Part shown: positions 17,130 to 27,059 of the stretch, piece by piece
Layout of the letters: every line of letters starts with the position of its first letter
How positions within the stretch are numbered: the first letter of the stretch is position 1
DNA from: Planctomycetota bacterium
GTDB taxonomy: Bacteria > Planctomycetota > UBA1135
NCBI GenBank assembly: GCA_045047305.1
Contig: JASFYO010000073.1
Span: 1-50,942, forward strand
Direction of reading: 5' to 3'
DNA: 50,942 nucleotides
Translations under genes and position numbers: made by a program
Notes under the pieces: model-generated
Told to the model about the DNA's origin: nothing
The model's database searches: none
The model's input: the letters and a program-made list of their open reading frames with translations, nothing else

Positions 17130-19403
17130 CTAAAGGGGGTCGGAAACAGCCTTCGGTGAGTCCCCTGCGGCCGGCTCTTGCGCAGGTGTAGAAGTAGGTT
17201 CTTCCTCGCCAGCTCCCTGCTCGGGAAGCTCCTCCACCGCCGGATCTACGCCAGTCCCCTCAGCAGAGTCCACGGCCTCTTCCACCGGCGTTGGAGGAGG
17301 TAAAACCGCCTCTGGCTCCGCTGCCGGAAACTTCTCTCTCACTTGCTCCAGCAAATACCGGTAATCGGCTTCTGGCTCTCCGAGAGCCTCCATCGCGGTC
17401 AACAAGGTCCTCCCCTGCACCCGCAACTCGGGAGTGTCGGCATTGTCGGCGGCGAGCAAAATGGCAAAACCAAGCTCCCATTTCTTTTTCAGGTCGATGC
17501 CAGGGTTTGGCAGTAACTCGGTAAACAGTGGAATGATGGCTCCCACCTCATTGCGTTGTAGCTCAATCTCCACCAAGTAAATCGGCCAAACCAAGGATTC
17601 CGGTTCTTGCACCATCAAGTCGCGCAAACGGGTCACAGCATCTGCCGCATAACTAGCATTGCCGTTGCCTGCCCCTTTAATCATAAGTAAATCCCAAACC
17701 GCAGTCGCATGCTTGCGGTCTAGGTCAAGACGTTGCTCTGGAGTGAGTCCGTCTAGGGGGAAGTTGCGCACCACACGGAACGCGAACTCACGGTCAAAGC
17801 GCTTCACCATGAGAGCCCGCACCTGCTCCATTTGGGCAAAGTCATTCCCAATCTGAACTACCAAAGCTTTGCCATAAGCCTCACGCAAAGTAGGGCCAGG
17901 AATGAAATCCAAGAGGACTTCTAAAACTCCGGGCACTTTGGACTCAGACAAGGAGGCAAGTAAATCCTTCTGCAGGACGACCTCGGTTTCATCGCGCAAG
18001 CGATGCACCATCAAAAGAGATGCGTTGGGCACCTTCAATTTGCGCATGCTGGCAATCGCCTGCTGGCGCACCTGTGCTTGAGGATCCGCGAGTAAAGCGG
18101 GCAGGATTTCCTGCAAAATCGTGATCTCTGGATGACGTTCTGCCACCCCGGTCATAGCCACCAAAACCGCAGCGCGATCGACCTCGGAACCTTCTGCATC
18201 CACCGCCAACGGGCGCAATACCTCGAGAAAGTTCGGCCCGCCAAGGCGTCGGATGGCGGAAAGAATGGATTCACGCACCGAGCGGTCATTCTCCACCGCA
18301 AGCGCAGACTGAATCAAGGCTTCCAACTGTGCTGGGTCCGCAGAGTTCACTTGCTCGGCCAAGCTTGCTAGTCCTGACCACAATGCCTGACGCACCGCAA
18401 CCTTGCCTGCAGGCCCCTCAAGTGCCTTCGGATACACCCCGTTGAGTCCCCGCAACAAGCCTTCCCAGGCGACTTCAACCGGCTGCACCAGCTGCAGATA
18501 GCGCGCAGCTGCAACCCGTTCTTTCTCCACGCCAAATTCCAATGCTCGGAGCAAAGGGTTCAGGGCCTCGCGCGCCTTCAGTACATGCGGAACCAAGGCC
18601 AGTAACGCAATGCGTAAATCGGCATCGCTTTCTTGATTCAGTGCATTACGCAGGGCATCGGCAACTTGTGCATTGGTGTCAGCATCTAAGGATTGAAAGT
18701 CCATGCGGTTCAATGCCTCGTAGGCCAGCACCCGAATCGGTTGGCGTGGATGGGTGACTCCATCGAGGACATCGAAGGAGGCGGCAGCGCCCTGAAGACG
18801 TCGACGCCAATCTTCTAACTCACGAGTTTTTTGAACCTCAATAGCGCGTTCCAGCCAAGCCGCGCGGTCGAGGTCCTTGGCTCCCTTCCACCAAGCAAGA
18901 AACGCAGCTTGGGTACCAAACTCCTTTCCTGTGAGATTCTCTAACGCGACCCGTACTTCACTAGAGAACTTTGGATTCTCTAACAAGGTAGCCAACTGCT
19001 CGAGAAGAAGATGATTCGAAGTGGCCAAACTTCCAGCAGCGTGAATCGCACCAAGCAGCAAGGAATCGTTCTGCCCACTTGGAAGCGCTAAAGTTTCCAA
19101 AATGCGGGCTTCTAGCGCCGGCCACTGTTTGGCAAGCGCACGATATTGCGTGCGCAAATCAAACTGCAGATAACCGTGGCCATCGGCAGCGAGCAAGAAA
19201 GCCCATTGTTCCGAAGGCGCCAACGTAGACAAACTGCTTAAAACTAAATCACTAGCTTGATTGCGTTGCGCAAGTTCCATGTCCGGCGCTTGTAGCGAAG
19301 ACCAAGCTTCCACCACCGCGGGGTCCAGCTTGAGGGCTTCAGGTAACTCCGGCCCTCCAGCTTGGAAGGCAAGTAGCGGGACACAAAGCAGCAGGGCGAA
19401 CAC
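17130..19403 (-). CDS. Exported HEAT-repeat (alpha-solenoid) protein with acidic Pro-rich tail
   Basis: Signal peptide; ALENLTG.EFG..WW motif; LADPQAQVRQQAIASM and similar HEAT-like repeats. Confidence 0.75.
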   Translation of the reverse strand: MFALLLCVPLLAFQAGGPELPEALKLDPAVVEAWSSLQAPDMELAQRNQASDLVLSSLSTLAPSEQWAFLLAADGHGYLQFDLRTQYRALAKQWPALEARILETLALPSGQNDSLLLGAIHAAGSLATSNHLLLEQLATLLENPKFSSEVRVALENLTGKEFGTQAAFLAWWKGAKDLDRAAWLERAIEVQKTRELEDWRRRLQGAAASFDVLDGVTHPRQPIRVLAYEALNRMDFQSLDADTNAQVADALRNALNQESDADLRIALLALVPHVLKAREALNPLLRALEFGVEKERVAAARYLQLVQPVEVAWEGLLRGLNGVYPKALEGPAGKVAVRQALWSGLASLAEQVNSADPAQLEALIQSALAVENDRSVRESILSAIRRLGGPNFLEVLRPLAVDAEGSEVDRAAVLVAMTGVAERHPEITILQEILPALLADPQAQVRQQAIASMRKLKVPNASLLMVHRLRDETEVVLQKDLLASLSESKVPGVLEVLLDFIPGPTLREAYGKALVVQIGNDFAQMEQVRALMVKRFDREFAFRVVRNFPLDGLTPEQRLDLDRKHATAVWDLLMIKGAGNGNASYAADAVTRLRDLMVQEPESLVWPIYLVEIELQRNEVGAIIPLFTELLPNPGIDLKKKWELGFAILLAADNADTPELRVQGRTLLTAMEALGEPEADYRYLLEQVREKFPAAEPEAVLPPPTPVEEAVDSAEGTGVDPAVEELPEQGAGEEEPTSTPAQEPAAGDSPKAVSDPL

Positions 19404-19434
19404 GGATTTAGTCTAACGGAGAAAGCGTTCTGAT

Positions 19435-21372
19435 TTATCGGAATCCGGACACGATTCCCTTCAAATCAAAATGCACAAGTACTTTCTCTACGGCCGATTC
19501 GGGTGTTTCGTTGGAAGAAACCACCAGCGACGACGCCTTGTGATAGGCCGGCGTCCTTTGCGTTAAAAGCTGATTTACCTCCGTACTGAGTTCGAGATCG
19601 GTCAGGGCCGGCCGCGGATCCAGGCGTTGGCGCCGCAGCAACTCCTCCGCCGGACACTCCAACCACACCACCCGGGCGTGGTCTTGCAGCCGTTGCACTG
19701 AGGATGCGCACTCCACCACCCCGCCTCCCGTAGCAACGACGGTAAACGGTTGACTCATCATGTCGCTTAGGACTTGCGCTTCGAGCACGCGGAATCCTTC
19801 CAGGTCGTGCGCAATCCAATCCTCTACGCTGCGACCCGATTGTTGCTCCAACACTTCGTCGGCATCAAGGAAACGCCACTGCAAAGCATGCGCAAGCATA
19901 CGCCCCAAGGTGGACTTCCCGCTTCCACGCGCGCCAATCAACACCAGCGCTTGCCGATCGTGTAAATACTGTTGCAAGCTTCGTTGTAAGTCCGCCGACA
20001 ATGGTTGAGGCTGATCAGGGATGACCGCGCGATACTGGGCAAGCATTTGCAGCAACAACATTTGCGTGCCAGGAATGGGCCGCGCACCGGCAGCCTCGGC
20101 CTGCAGCAACCACTCGGTCTGGAGTGGGTGATACACCATGTCGAGGCTGGGAGTGTTGGGGCTAGGCGGGCGTCCTTCACACAGAATCCCAGGATGTTCC
20201 ACACTGCCAACCGGTGTTGCTTGGATGACAGCTTGAAAGCGAGACGGCTGCACATCTTGCATCTCTAAACGCGTCGCCAATGTGACCCCCCACCCGCGAC
20301 GTTCCGCCTCCACCTTGACTGCACTTGCGGCAGCGCCCGCGCCAAGAATCAGCAGCTGCGACCCTGCTGGTGCATCGGCCACCTGCAGGGCATCCATAGC
20401 TCCAACACCATCACTATTGCCGCAGCACCAAGCGCCGTCTTGAGACAGCAACAAGTTCGCCGCCCGACATGCCTTTGCCGCTTCTCCAAGCGCACCGTCT
20501 AAGGCATGGCCCAGCGCAAAGGACTGTTGTTTATGCGGTGCCGTGACTGAGAAGGCGGTGACGGCATGGCGCTTGGCTCCAAGCAGAAAGGCATCGAGGT
20601 CCTTTACCGGATACGGCAAGTACAAGCCAAATGGTTGACTGCGGTTCAAACGCATGGCTTCGGTCCAAAGATGTGGGCTCAAGCTATGCAGTACCGGGTT
20701 GCCGATTACACCCAGCGCAGGCGTTTCTAAATCTAGTTTCTCTGGCAAGAGGTCCAACAAGGCACACACATCCCATTGACCAGGCGCCGTGTTTTCACCC
20801 GGCCAGCAGCTATAAATCCACGGCGTGCCACAACGCAAGGCCAGAATTCTGGATGCCCCACCGCCTGGCCCTTGAGCAAAGGCAAGCAAGGATGCGGATG
20901 GCATGGACTTGTACAGATCTAAAACTGGCCAAGCTTGTTCCGCAAAGTCTGCCCAAGCGACCACCTTGACGAGGTCATCGCCCGCGGTGCGACTGCGCAA
21001 CTCATCAAGCACCGCGCGCAAATCAACATCTGCGGCTTCCTCTTGATGCCAACTGTGAATCCGCCGCACGCCATGCGGAAGCTTAGGCGGTATGCCTTCT
21101 TCAAAAGGGAAATCTACGGCATCAAATCCGGCTTCGGCGGCGCGCATGAGGCGAGCCAAGCGGGATTCCGTTTGCGGGACCGAGCGGCATGCTGCAATCC
21201 ATTCAAACTGCGGATAATCGCCCTTCAATCGCGCAAGATCCAAATCGTCCGGCATAGCATCGAGACGTAACTCCACTCTGCCAATACGTCCGCGCAGCCA
21301 ATCCAACCGCCTGCGCAATGAGGATTCCTCGCGCGCAAAAAGAGAGACCAGAATTCGCGACGGCTCGTTCAC
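19435..21372 (-). CDS. aroD-aroE-aroK: Trifunctional type I 3-dehydroquinate dehydratase / shikimate dehydrogenase / shikimate kinase fusion
   Basis: AroD: VELRLD, HSWH, VKV, FAQG..SRIL. AroE: GNPVLHSLSP, SVTAPHK, NSDGVG, GAGAAA, ATPVG, DMVY. AroK: GARGSGKST, DAD, ATGGG, RP. Confidence 0.88.
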   Translation of the reverse strand: MNEPSRILVSLFAREESSLRRRLDWLRGRIGRVELRLDAMPDDLDLARLKGDYPQFEWIAACRSVPQTESRLARLMRAAEAGFDAVDFPFEEGIPPKLPHGVRRIHSWHQEEAADVDLRAVLDELRSRTAGDDLVKVVAWADFAEQAWPVLDLYKSMPSASLLAFAQGPGGGASRILALRCGTPWIYSCWPGENTAPGQWDVCALLDLLPEKLDLETPALGVIGNPVLHSLSPHLWTEAMRLNRSQPFGLYLPYPVKDLDAFLLGAKRHAVTAFSVTAPHKQQSFALGHALDGALGEAAKACRAANLLLSQDGAWCCGNSDGVGAMDALQVADAPAGSQLLILGAGAAASAVKVEAERRGWGVTLATRLEMQDVQPSRFQAVIQATPVGSVEHPGILCEGRPPSPNTPSLDMVYHPLQTEWLLQAEAAGARPIPGTQMLLLQMLAQYRAVIPDQPQPLSADLQRSLQQYLHDRQALVLIGARGSGKSTLGRMLAHALQWRFLDADEVLEQQSGRSVEDWIAHDLEGFRVLEAQVLSDMMSQPFTVVATGGGVVECASSVQRLQDHARVVWLECPAEELLRRQRLDPRPALTDLELSTEVNQLLTQRTPAYHKASSLVVSSNETPESAVEKVLVHFDLKGIVSGFR

Positions 21373-21387
21373 GGAAAAGCAGTCCGT

Positions 21388-22242
21388 CTAACGAGCTTCT
21401 TTAGCGATAGCACGCATGCGATCGGCTGTTTCATGCGGCAAACGCTGCCCCTGCTCGGCCAAGTCCACCACCAAATCAAGCAAGCCTGCGTAACGGTGTT
21501 TCTCTTGTTCACTCAAACTTTGCAGGTGGCCCTCAACGGTGGAAATATCTCCTCGCACCACCGCACCAGTCAGGGAACTCGAAGCGCCCTCTTGGTGTGC
21601 CGCATGCAATGCTTGACTAGCCATGCGTTCGACCACACTCCAAGTTTGCTCGCGGAACACCGGTTCCAATAATTCTGCCGACCACGCGCACAAAGCAGTA
21701 ATGTGATTCGAAGCCAGGGCTAAACCCAGGTGATAACGACGGCGATCGACGCCAGCCTTCAAGCGCACAGGTTGTGCCCCCCAGACCTCGGCCACTTCCA
21801 AAACGCCTTCGCGCGCATTGGGGTCCGCCGTTTCCGTCACGAGTGCATGACGCAAAGTTTCTAGGTCACGTTGCGGCTCCACAAACTGCATGACCGGGTG
21901 CATGGCAGCGACAAAACCGCCCTCCAAACTGATCGGCTTCAGTACCTCAATATCGTGTAGGCCACTGGTGTGAATGAAGAGCTTTGAATTACAGGGGTAA
22001 CTCGATGCAAATTTCTGGGCGACCGAAAGAATCAAGCTATCCGGGACACAGAAAATAATGACCTGCGCTTGCTTGGGTGCGCCTGCAGCATCGACCAAGG
22101 TGTGGATTCCATGTTCACTGGCCCAATCCATCCACGGCCCAGCTTCGGTGCCTAGCAAATAGACCTCTTCACCAGCTTGGCGGTGGGCAAGAGCAAGACT
22201 GCGTCCGACGCGTCCAGGGCCAATCAGTAAAGTGGTTTTCAT
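21388..22242 (-). CDS. Rossmann-like + DUF2520 oxidoreductase (PanG-type ketopantoate reductase candidate)
   Basis: IGPGRVG, VPD, HTSG, MHPVMQF, YHLGLALASN, LTGAVVRGD..TVEGHL; in an operon with panC. Confidence 0.82.
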   Translation of the reverse strand: MKTTLLIGPGRVGRSLALAHRQAGEEVYLLGTEAGPWMDWASEHGIHTLVDAAGAPKQAQVIIFCVPDSLILSVAQKFASSYPCNSKLFIHTSGLHDIEVLKPISLEGGFVAAMHPVMQFVEPQRDLETLRHALVTETADPNAREGVLEVAEVWGAQPVRLKAGVDRRRYHLGLALASNHITALCAWSAELLEPVFREQTWSVVERMASQALHAAHQEGASSSLTGAVVRGDISTVEGHLQSLSEQEKHRYAGLLDLVVDLAEQGQRLPHETADRMRAIAKEAR

Positions 22243-22255
22243 GTTTATTCCAGGC

Positions 22256-23107
22256 TTAGATTTCTGCAATTGCCGGGCCCCGTAATAGTGGGACCACACA
22301 GACATGTTGACATAAGCTGTGCACCTTTGCAGCGATTTCCGTCGCCGATTGTGAATCTTCCGCGGTGCAGAAAAAGGTGCCGCCGCTGCCGCTTAGGTGA
22401 AAGCAGGCGACTTTACACAACGCGGCTTCGAATGCCGCCAAGGCCGGAGCCGTGCGCCGAGCTGCACTCAATAAGTCATTGACGCCCGGTTCGCGTGGGA
22501 AGCAAAGTGCCGACGGGGCATTTTCATGTGCCAGGGCATCGAAATCCGGCGCCTGCAGGACGCGGAAGACGTCGGCCGTTGGGACCGGAATGTTCGGAAT
22601 CGCGAGGACTACATAGAGCTCTGGTGCAGTGGCGCTGGCGAGTAGAATTTCGCCTTGGCCCCCCATCAAACAAGCGGATTGCGCTTGCAGGAAAAAGGGA
22701 ACGTCGCTGCCGAGCTCCAGGGCAAGAGATTCAAGACTTTGCTGGGGTTGTTGCGCGGAGATCTTCTGCAACAAAAGAAGTGCAGCAGCCGCATTACCAC
22801 TGCCTCCACCAAGGCCACCTGCGGATGGAATATGTTTGTCTAACTCCCACGCTAAAAAAGGTGCCTGCCCCCCCGCTTTGCGCCACAAAGCATCGGCCTG
22901 CAGCACAAGATTACGCCCGTCCGTAGGAATGTCCTGCGCCATAGGCCCACGGATAGAAAGTGTGGATGCGGTCGCGCAGGGTTGCGCTTGCAGGGTATCG
23001 AACAAGCCGACGGCCACAAACCAGGAACGTAACTCATGCAAGCCATCGGCGCGACGTCCGAGGATCTCAAGGGTCCAGTTCAGTTTCGCGGGGCTTTGGA
23101 TTTGCAT
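22256..23107 (-). CDS. ispE: 4-diphosphocytidyl-2-C-methyl-D-erythritol kinase
   Basis: PAKLNWTLEILGRRADGLHEL, KHIPSAGGLGGGSGNAA, LGSDVPFF, LSGSG. Confidence 0.95.
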   Translation of the reverse strand: MQIQSPAKLNWTLEILGRRADGLHELRSWFVAVGLFDTLQAQPCATASTLSIRGPMAQDIPTDGRNLVLQADALWRKAGGQAPFLAWELDKHIPSAGGLGGGSGNAAAALLLLQKISAQQPQQSLESLALELGSDVPFFLQAQSACLMGGQGEILLASATAPELYVVLAIPNIPVPTADVFRVLQAPDFDALAHENAPSALCFPREPGVNDLLSAARRTAPALAAFEAALCKVACFHLSGSGGTFFCTAEDSQSATEIAAKVHSLCQHVCVVPLLRGPAIAEI

Positions 23108-23962
23108 TTAGACGGAAGGCGCTTGGCCTAACTCTAGATTATCCAATAAATGCACGCCATCCAAACGTGCAGCAATCACCGCGCGCCAGTTGCCAGAAGC
23201 ACCCAGCTGTGCCGATTCGAAATCAGTGTCGGAAATGACATCGGCATAGGCAAGAACGGCAGCTGACTGTTCAAAGCAAGTGCGCATCGATTGCTCCAAG
23301 GCGCGAGGGTCGGTGCATCCGGCGTCAAAAGCAGCTTTGGCGCCAATCAAGGCTCGATGCAGAACAAGGGCTTCTTGGCGTGCGATGTCATCGAGATGAA
23401 CATTGCGGCTCGAAAAAGCGAGGCCATCCTGCTCCCTCCAGGTTGGAGCTGCGTGAATCTGCAGCGGCATGTCTAGATCCTCAACCATGCGACGAACCAG
23501 GAATAGCTGTTGCGCATCCTTTTGCCCAAACACCGCATGCTGTGGACGACAACGCTGGAAAAGTTTGTGCACCACCGTCAACATGCCATCGAAGTGACCG
23601 GGGCGTGCGGCGCCTTCAAAGCACAAAGCCGAAGGCCCTGCTGCAATCCGCACTTGAAATCCATTGGGATACATGGTGCTTGCCGACGGCCGGTAAACCG
23701 CAGCCACTCCCATTTTCTTGAGCATGGCCAAATCAGCGTCCAAGGTTTTGGGATAGGCGAGCAAATCATCCTTGCGCTCGAACTGCAATGGGTTGATGAA
23801 GATTGAGACCATCACAGTGCTTGCACATTCCGCAGCGAACTCCAACAAGCTTCGATGGCCACGATGCAGCGCCCCCATGGTTGGCACTAAAACCACTTCT
23901 TCGGTATCCGGGATGGCATCGCGCCAAGCCTGCAACTGCGCATTGGATTCAAGAATCTTCAT
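23108..23962 (-). CDS. panC: Pantoate--beta-alanine ligase
   Basis: VPTMGALHRGH, SIFINPLQF, RPGHFDG, FGQKDAQQ, REQDGLAFSSRN. Confidence 0.97.
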   Translation of the reverse strand: MKILESNAQLQAWRDAIPDTEEVVLVPTMGALHRGHRSLLEFAAECASTVMVSIFINPLQFERKDDLLAYPKTLDADLAMLKKMGVAAVYRPSASTMYPNGFQVRIAAGPSALCFEGAARPGHFDGMLTVVHKLFQRCRPQHAVFGQKDAQQLFLVRRMVEDLDMPLQIHAAPTWREQDGLAFSSRNVHLDDIARQEALVLHRALIGAKAAFDAGCTDPRALEQSMRTCFEQSAAVLAYADVISDTDFESAQLGASGNWRAVIAARLDGVHLLDNLELGQAPSV

Positions 23963-23966
23963 CTTC

Positions 23967-24422
23967 TCAATTTAGACTTTGCAAACATTCCAAGACCGTG
24001 CGTCCATGCTGCAGAGTCAGACGCGGTGCAAGTTGCACTAAGGGTTCCAGCACAAAACGACGTTGCGCTATGCGCGGATGGGGAAGTTGCAGAGTTTGGG
24101 TTTCATGAAGGACATCGCCATAGAAAAGCAGGTCTAAATCCAAAGTACGTGGCCCATTTTGAACTTCACGTAATCGTCCTTCACGCAACTCCACGTCCAA
24201 AAGCCAACGTAATAGCACCAAGGGATCTAGGTTTGTTTCAAAACGAGCCGCCGCATTGACATAGTCTGGTTGCTCGGGCCCCCCAACTGGATCGGTGCGC
24301 CGAAAATCACTCCAGTGGAGGCGCGACATCGAGGGATGCTGCTGCATGGCGCCTAATGCAGTGCGTAAGTGCTCGGCACGATCTCCAAGGTTCGAACCGA
24401 GACCAACGAACACCAAACTCAT
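23967..24422 (-). CDS. folK: 2-amino-4-hydroxy-6-hydroxymethyldihydropteridine diphosphokinase
   Basis: GLGSNLGDR, QPDYVNAA, GPRTLDLDLL, LPHPRIAQRRFVLEPL; ATG 24422 overlaps the pssA stop (ATGA). Confidence 0.96.
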   Translation of the reverse strand: MSLVFVGLGSNLGDRAEHLRTALGAMQQHPSMSRLHWSDFRRTDPVGGPEQPDYVNAAARFETNLDPLVLLRWLLDVELREGRLREVQNGPRTLDLDLLFYGDVLHETQTLQLPHPRIAQRRFVLEPLVQLAPRLTLQHGRTVLECLQSLN

Positions 24423-25258
24423 CCGGCTTTCTTTTGCAGCATGGGTTTGATGGAGCGAGCCATCGCTGGCAAGTCGCGCAACAGTGGGATAAAAACGTAA
24501 ATCAGGGACATGCCAAGCAGAGCGATTTCGGGCTCCAAAAACAATAAGCCAAACACCACCACGAACTTTGCCAGTGTGCTTACCGGGCGTTTCGAACGCA
24601 TCATCCATGCGAAGAAGTGTGGGTAAGGAACGCGAGCCACCATGAGCAATGCCAGCAACAAAAGCATGACCGGGATGGAATACACAATAATACCATGCAC
24701 CATCCCCACCATGTTTTCGCTCACAGTCATCAGTTGCGTGTCCGAAATACCAAAGTAGAACAACACCAACGCAATAGGAGGACCAGCTGCCCCAGGGCTT
24801 GGCAAGCCAACAAAAGTGGCGTGGTCTTTGCGCAGATCTTCATCCTCGGAGTCGACGTTAAATCGCGCCAAACGCAACACCGCGCAGCAGGAATAAACCA
24901 CGGGGGCAATCACCAGTAGACGTGGGTGGATATTGATGCCGAGGTCCGGGCCAAGCATGCGCACCAAGGTGACGGCCACCACGCCGGGCGCGACTCCGAA
25001 GGTCACTGCATCGGCCAGACTATCTAGCTGGGCACCCAAGGGGCTGGCGGTGCCGGTAATGCGCGCGAGTTTGCCATCGATGGCATCGAGAAAGGTCGCG
25101 AGGACAAGCCACAATGCGCCCTCATACAAGCGATGCGGGTTGTTCTCTACCACAGCATTCACCGCCAAGAGGATGGCGCCAACCCCACAAGCGAGGTTGC
25201 CAAGGGTGACAATATTCTGCGGTGATAAAACCGGCGGTGGGCGTTGCTCCTGTTCCAC
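24419..25258 (-). CDS. pssA: CDP-diacylglycerol--serine O-phosphatidyltransferase (CDP-alcohol phosphatidyltransferase)
   Basis: DAIDGKLAR..SPLGAQLDSLADAVTFGVAP, LRLARFN, FVGLPSP. Confidence 0.9.
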   Translation of the reverse strand: MEQEQRPPPVLSPQNIVTLGNLACGVGAILLAVNAVVENNPHRLYEGALWLVLATFLDAIDGKLARITGTASPLGAQLDSLADAVTFGVAPGVVAVTLVRMLGPDLGINIHPRLLVIAPVVYSCCAVLRLARFNVDSEDEDLRKDHATFVGLPSPGAAGPPIALVLFYFGISDTQLMTVSENMVGMVHGIIVYSIPVMLLLLALLMVARVPYPHFFAWMMRSKRPVSTLAKFVVVFGLLFLEPEIALLGMSLIYVFIPLLRDLPAMARSIKPMLQKKAG

Positions 25259-25303
25259 GGGAAGATTCTATCCTTAAGCGGCCCAGCCCGTACAAATCCT
25301 GTC

Positions 25304-27058
25304 ATGACTCTTAAACACCTCCTTGTTCCCTTCCTTCTAGCGGCCACCCTGCCGCTCAGCACCCTCAGCGCGCAGACGGCTGAAGATGCCAGTCTTTTGC
25401 CCAACACTGGGCTGCCGATGACCGATAGCGTGGTCGACGCGGTCTACGCGATTCCCGATGATGCCATGCAGGTCAGCGATCTTTTGGACCAGCTTTCCAA
25501 CGGTATCGGCCCACGCCTGACCTCCTCCGCGAGCTTAACCGAGGCTTGTGAGTGGGCTGCTGACGAATTCCGCAGTTTTGGCATCGAAAACGTACGCCTC
25601 GAAGAATGGGGTACTTTCCCGGTAGGCTTTGATCGCCACTCCATGAGCGGACGGATGGTTTCGCCACAGAAGCGGGAATTGGTATTTACCACCCGTTCGT
25701 GGACACCTGGCACCGACGGCACTGTCCGTGGCCACGCCCTGCTTGCTCCCAAATCAGAGGAAGAACTAGAGGCCTTGCGCGGTAAACTTGCTGGTGCTTG
25801 GATTATGGCAAGTTCACGCAGCGTTGCTCCCAACTTCCGTGCCCCACGCGATGGCGACGAGGAAAACCTTACTCACCATTTCGCCAAGCTTTGTGATGAC
25901 GAAGGCATCGCCGGCGTCATTAGTCCTGGACGGGGTGAACTGGTAGTCACTAGTGGAAATTATCGTATCGAGTGGGACAACCTCCCCACCCGGACCTCCA
26001 TTATCCTGCGTCGCGACCAGTTTCGCACCATTTTCGAGACCTTGAAGGCCGGCGAAGCTGTGGAGCTCGAGTTCAACATTCAACAAACCTTCCGTGAAGG
26101 TCCAATCCCGCTGTACAACGTCATTGCTGAGATTCCAGGCACGGATCTCGCCAACGAAATGGTCATTTTTGGTGGCCACATCGATTCCTGGGATGGCGCA
26201 CGTGGCGCACAAGATAATGGTACTGGCACTAGCACCACCTTGGAAGCTGCGCGCATTCTCAGCTCCATCCTGAAGGAGCAAGGCCTACAACCACGACGCA
26301 CCATCCGCTTCATGCTGTGGTCTGGCGAGGAGCAAGGCTTGCTCGGATCTCGTGCTTATATCAAGCAGCACCCAGAAGAAATGGACCGCATTTCCTCTGT
26401 CATCGTCCACGACGGCGGAACCAATGCTTGTTCCGGCATCAGCACCACCGCCGACATGATGCCTTTCTTCGAGGAAGTCTTTGCCCCCATCATTAACCAC
26501 ACCGAGAACTTGGCAGATGAGAATCTACACTTTCGCTTGGTGGAGAAACCAACTCTACCACTTGGTGTCGGCAGTGATCACGATGCCTACCTCCGTGGCG
26601 GCGTTCCTGGATTCTTTTGGGAGCAGTTTGGCGAAACCAACTACACCTACATCCATCACACCCAACACGACTTTACGGATGAGGTGCGCCCCGACTATCA
26701 ACGTGCCACGGCGCGCGTGGTGGCAGCGGCAGCATGGCGCTTGGCGAACATGGATCCCATGGTGCCGCGCGACAGCATTACCAAGCCGAAAAAGCGTCAG
26801 CTTTTGGGTGTCTTCTTAGGCGAAAAATCTAGCCTCGATAGTGTCAACGACGGCAGCTTGGCGGCCAAAGCCGGACTCAAAGCCGGCGATGTTTTGGTGT
26901 CGATTGGCGCGACTGAAATCAAGGGTATACGCGACATCCGCAAGGCCATGCAAACCAATGAAGATCGGCGCCTAGTCACCTGGAAGCGCGGCGAAGAAAC
27001 TCACTCCGCATGGTTCGACTGGAAGAATGATTCCGTCGAGATTGTGAAAACCAAGTAG
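25304..27058 (+). CDS. Exported M28 family metallopeptidase with C-terminal PDZ domain
   Basis: Signal peptide; IGPRLTSS, GGHIDSWD, GAQDNGTG, SGEEQGLLGS, GSDH, HHTQHD; PDZ LGVFL..GSLAAKAGLKAGDVLVSI. Confidence 0.92.
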   Translation: MTLKHLLVPFLLAATLPLSTLSAQTAEDASLLPNTGLPMTDSVVDAVYAIPDDAMQVSDLLDQLSNGIGPRLTSSASLTEACEWAADEFRSFGIENVRLEEWGTFPVGFDRHSMSGRMVSPQKRELVFTTRSWTPGTDGTVRGHALLAPKSEEELEALRGKLAGAWIMASSRSVAPNFRAPRDGDEENLTHHFAKLCDDEGIAGVISPGRGELVVTSGNYRIEWDNLPTRTSIILRRDQFRTIFETLKAGEAVELEFNIQQTFREGPIPLYNVIAEIPGTDLANEMVIFGGHIDSWDGARGAQDNGTGTSTTLEAARILSSILKEQGLQPRRTIRFMLWSGEEQGLLGSRAYIKQHPEEMDRISSVIVHDGGTNACSGISTTADMMPFFEEVFAPIINHTENLADENLHFRLVEKPTLPLGVGSDHDAYLRGGVPGFFWEQFGETNYTYIHHTQHDFTDEVRPDYQRATARVVAAAAWRLANMDPMVPRDSITKPKKRQLLGVFLGEKSSLDSVNDGSLAAKAGLKAGDVLVSIGATEIKGIRDIRKAMQTNEDRRLVTWKRGEETHSAWFDWKNDSVEIVKTK

Positions 27059-27059
27059 C

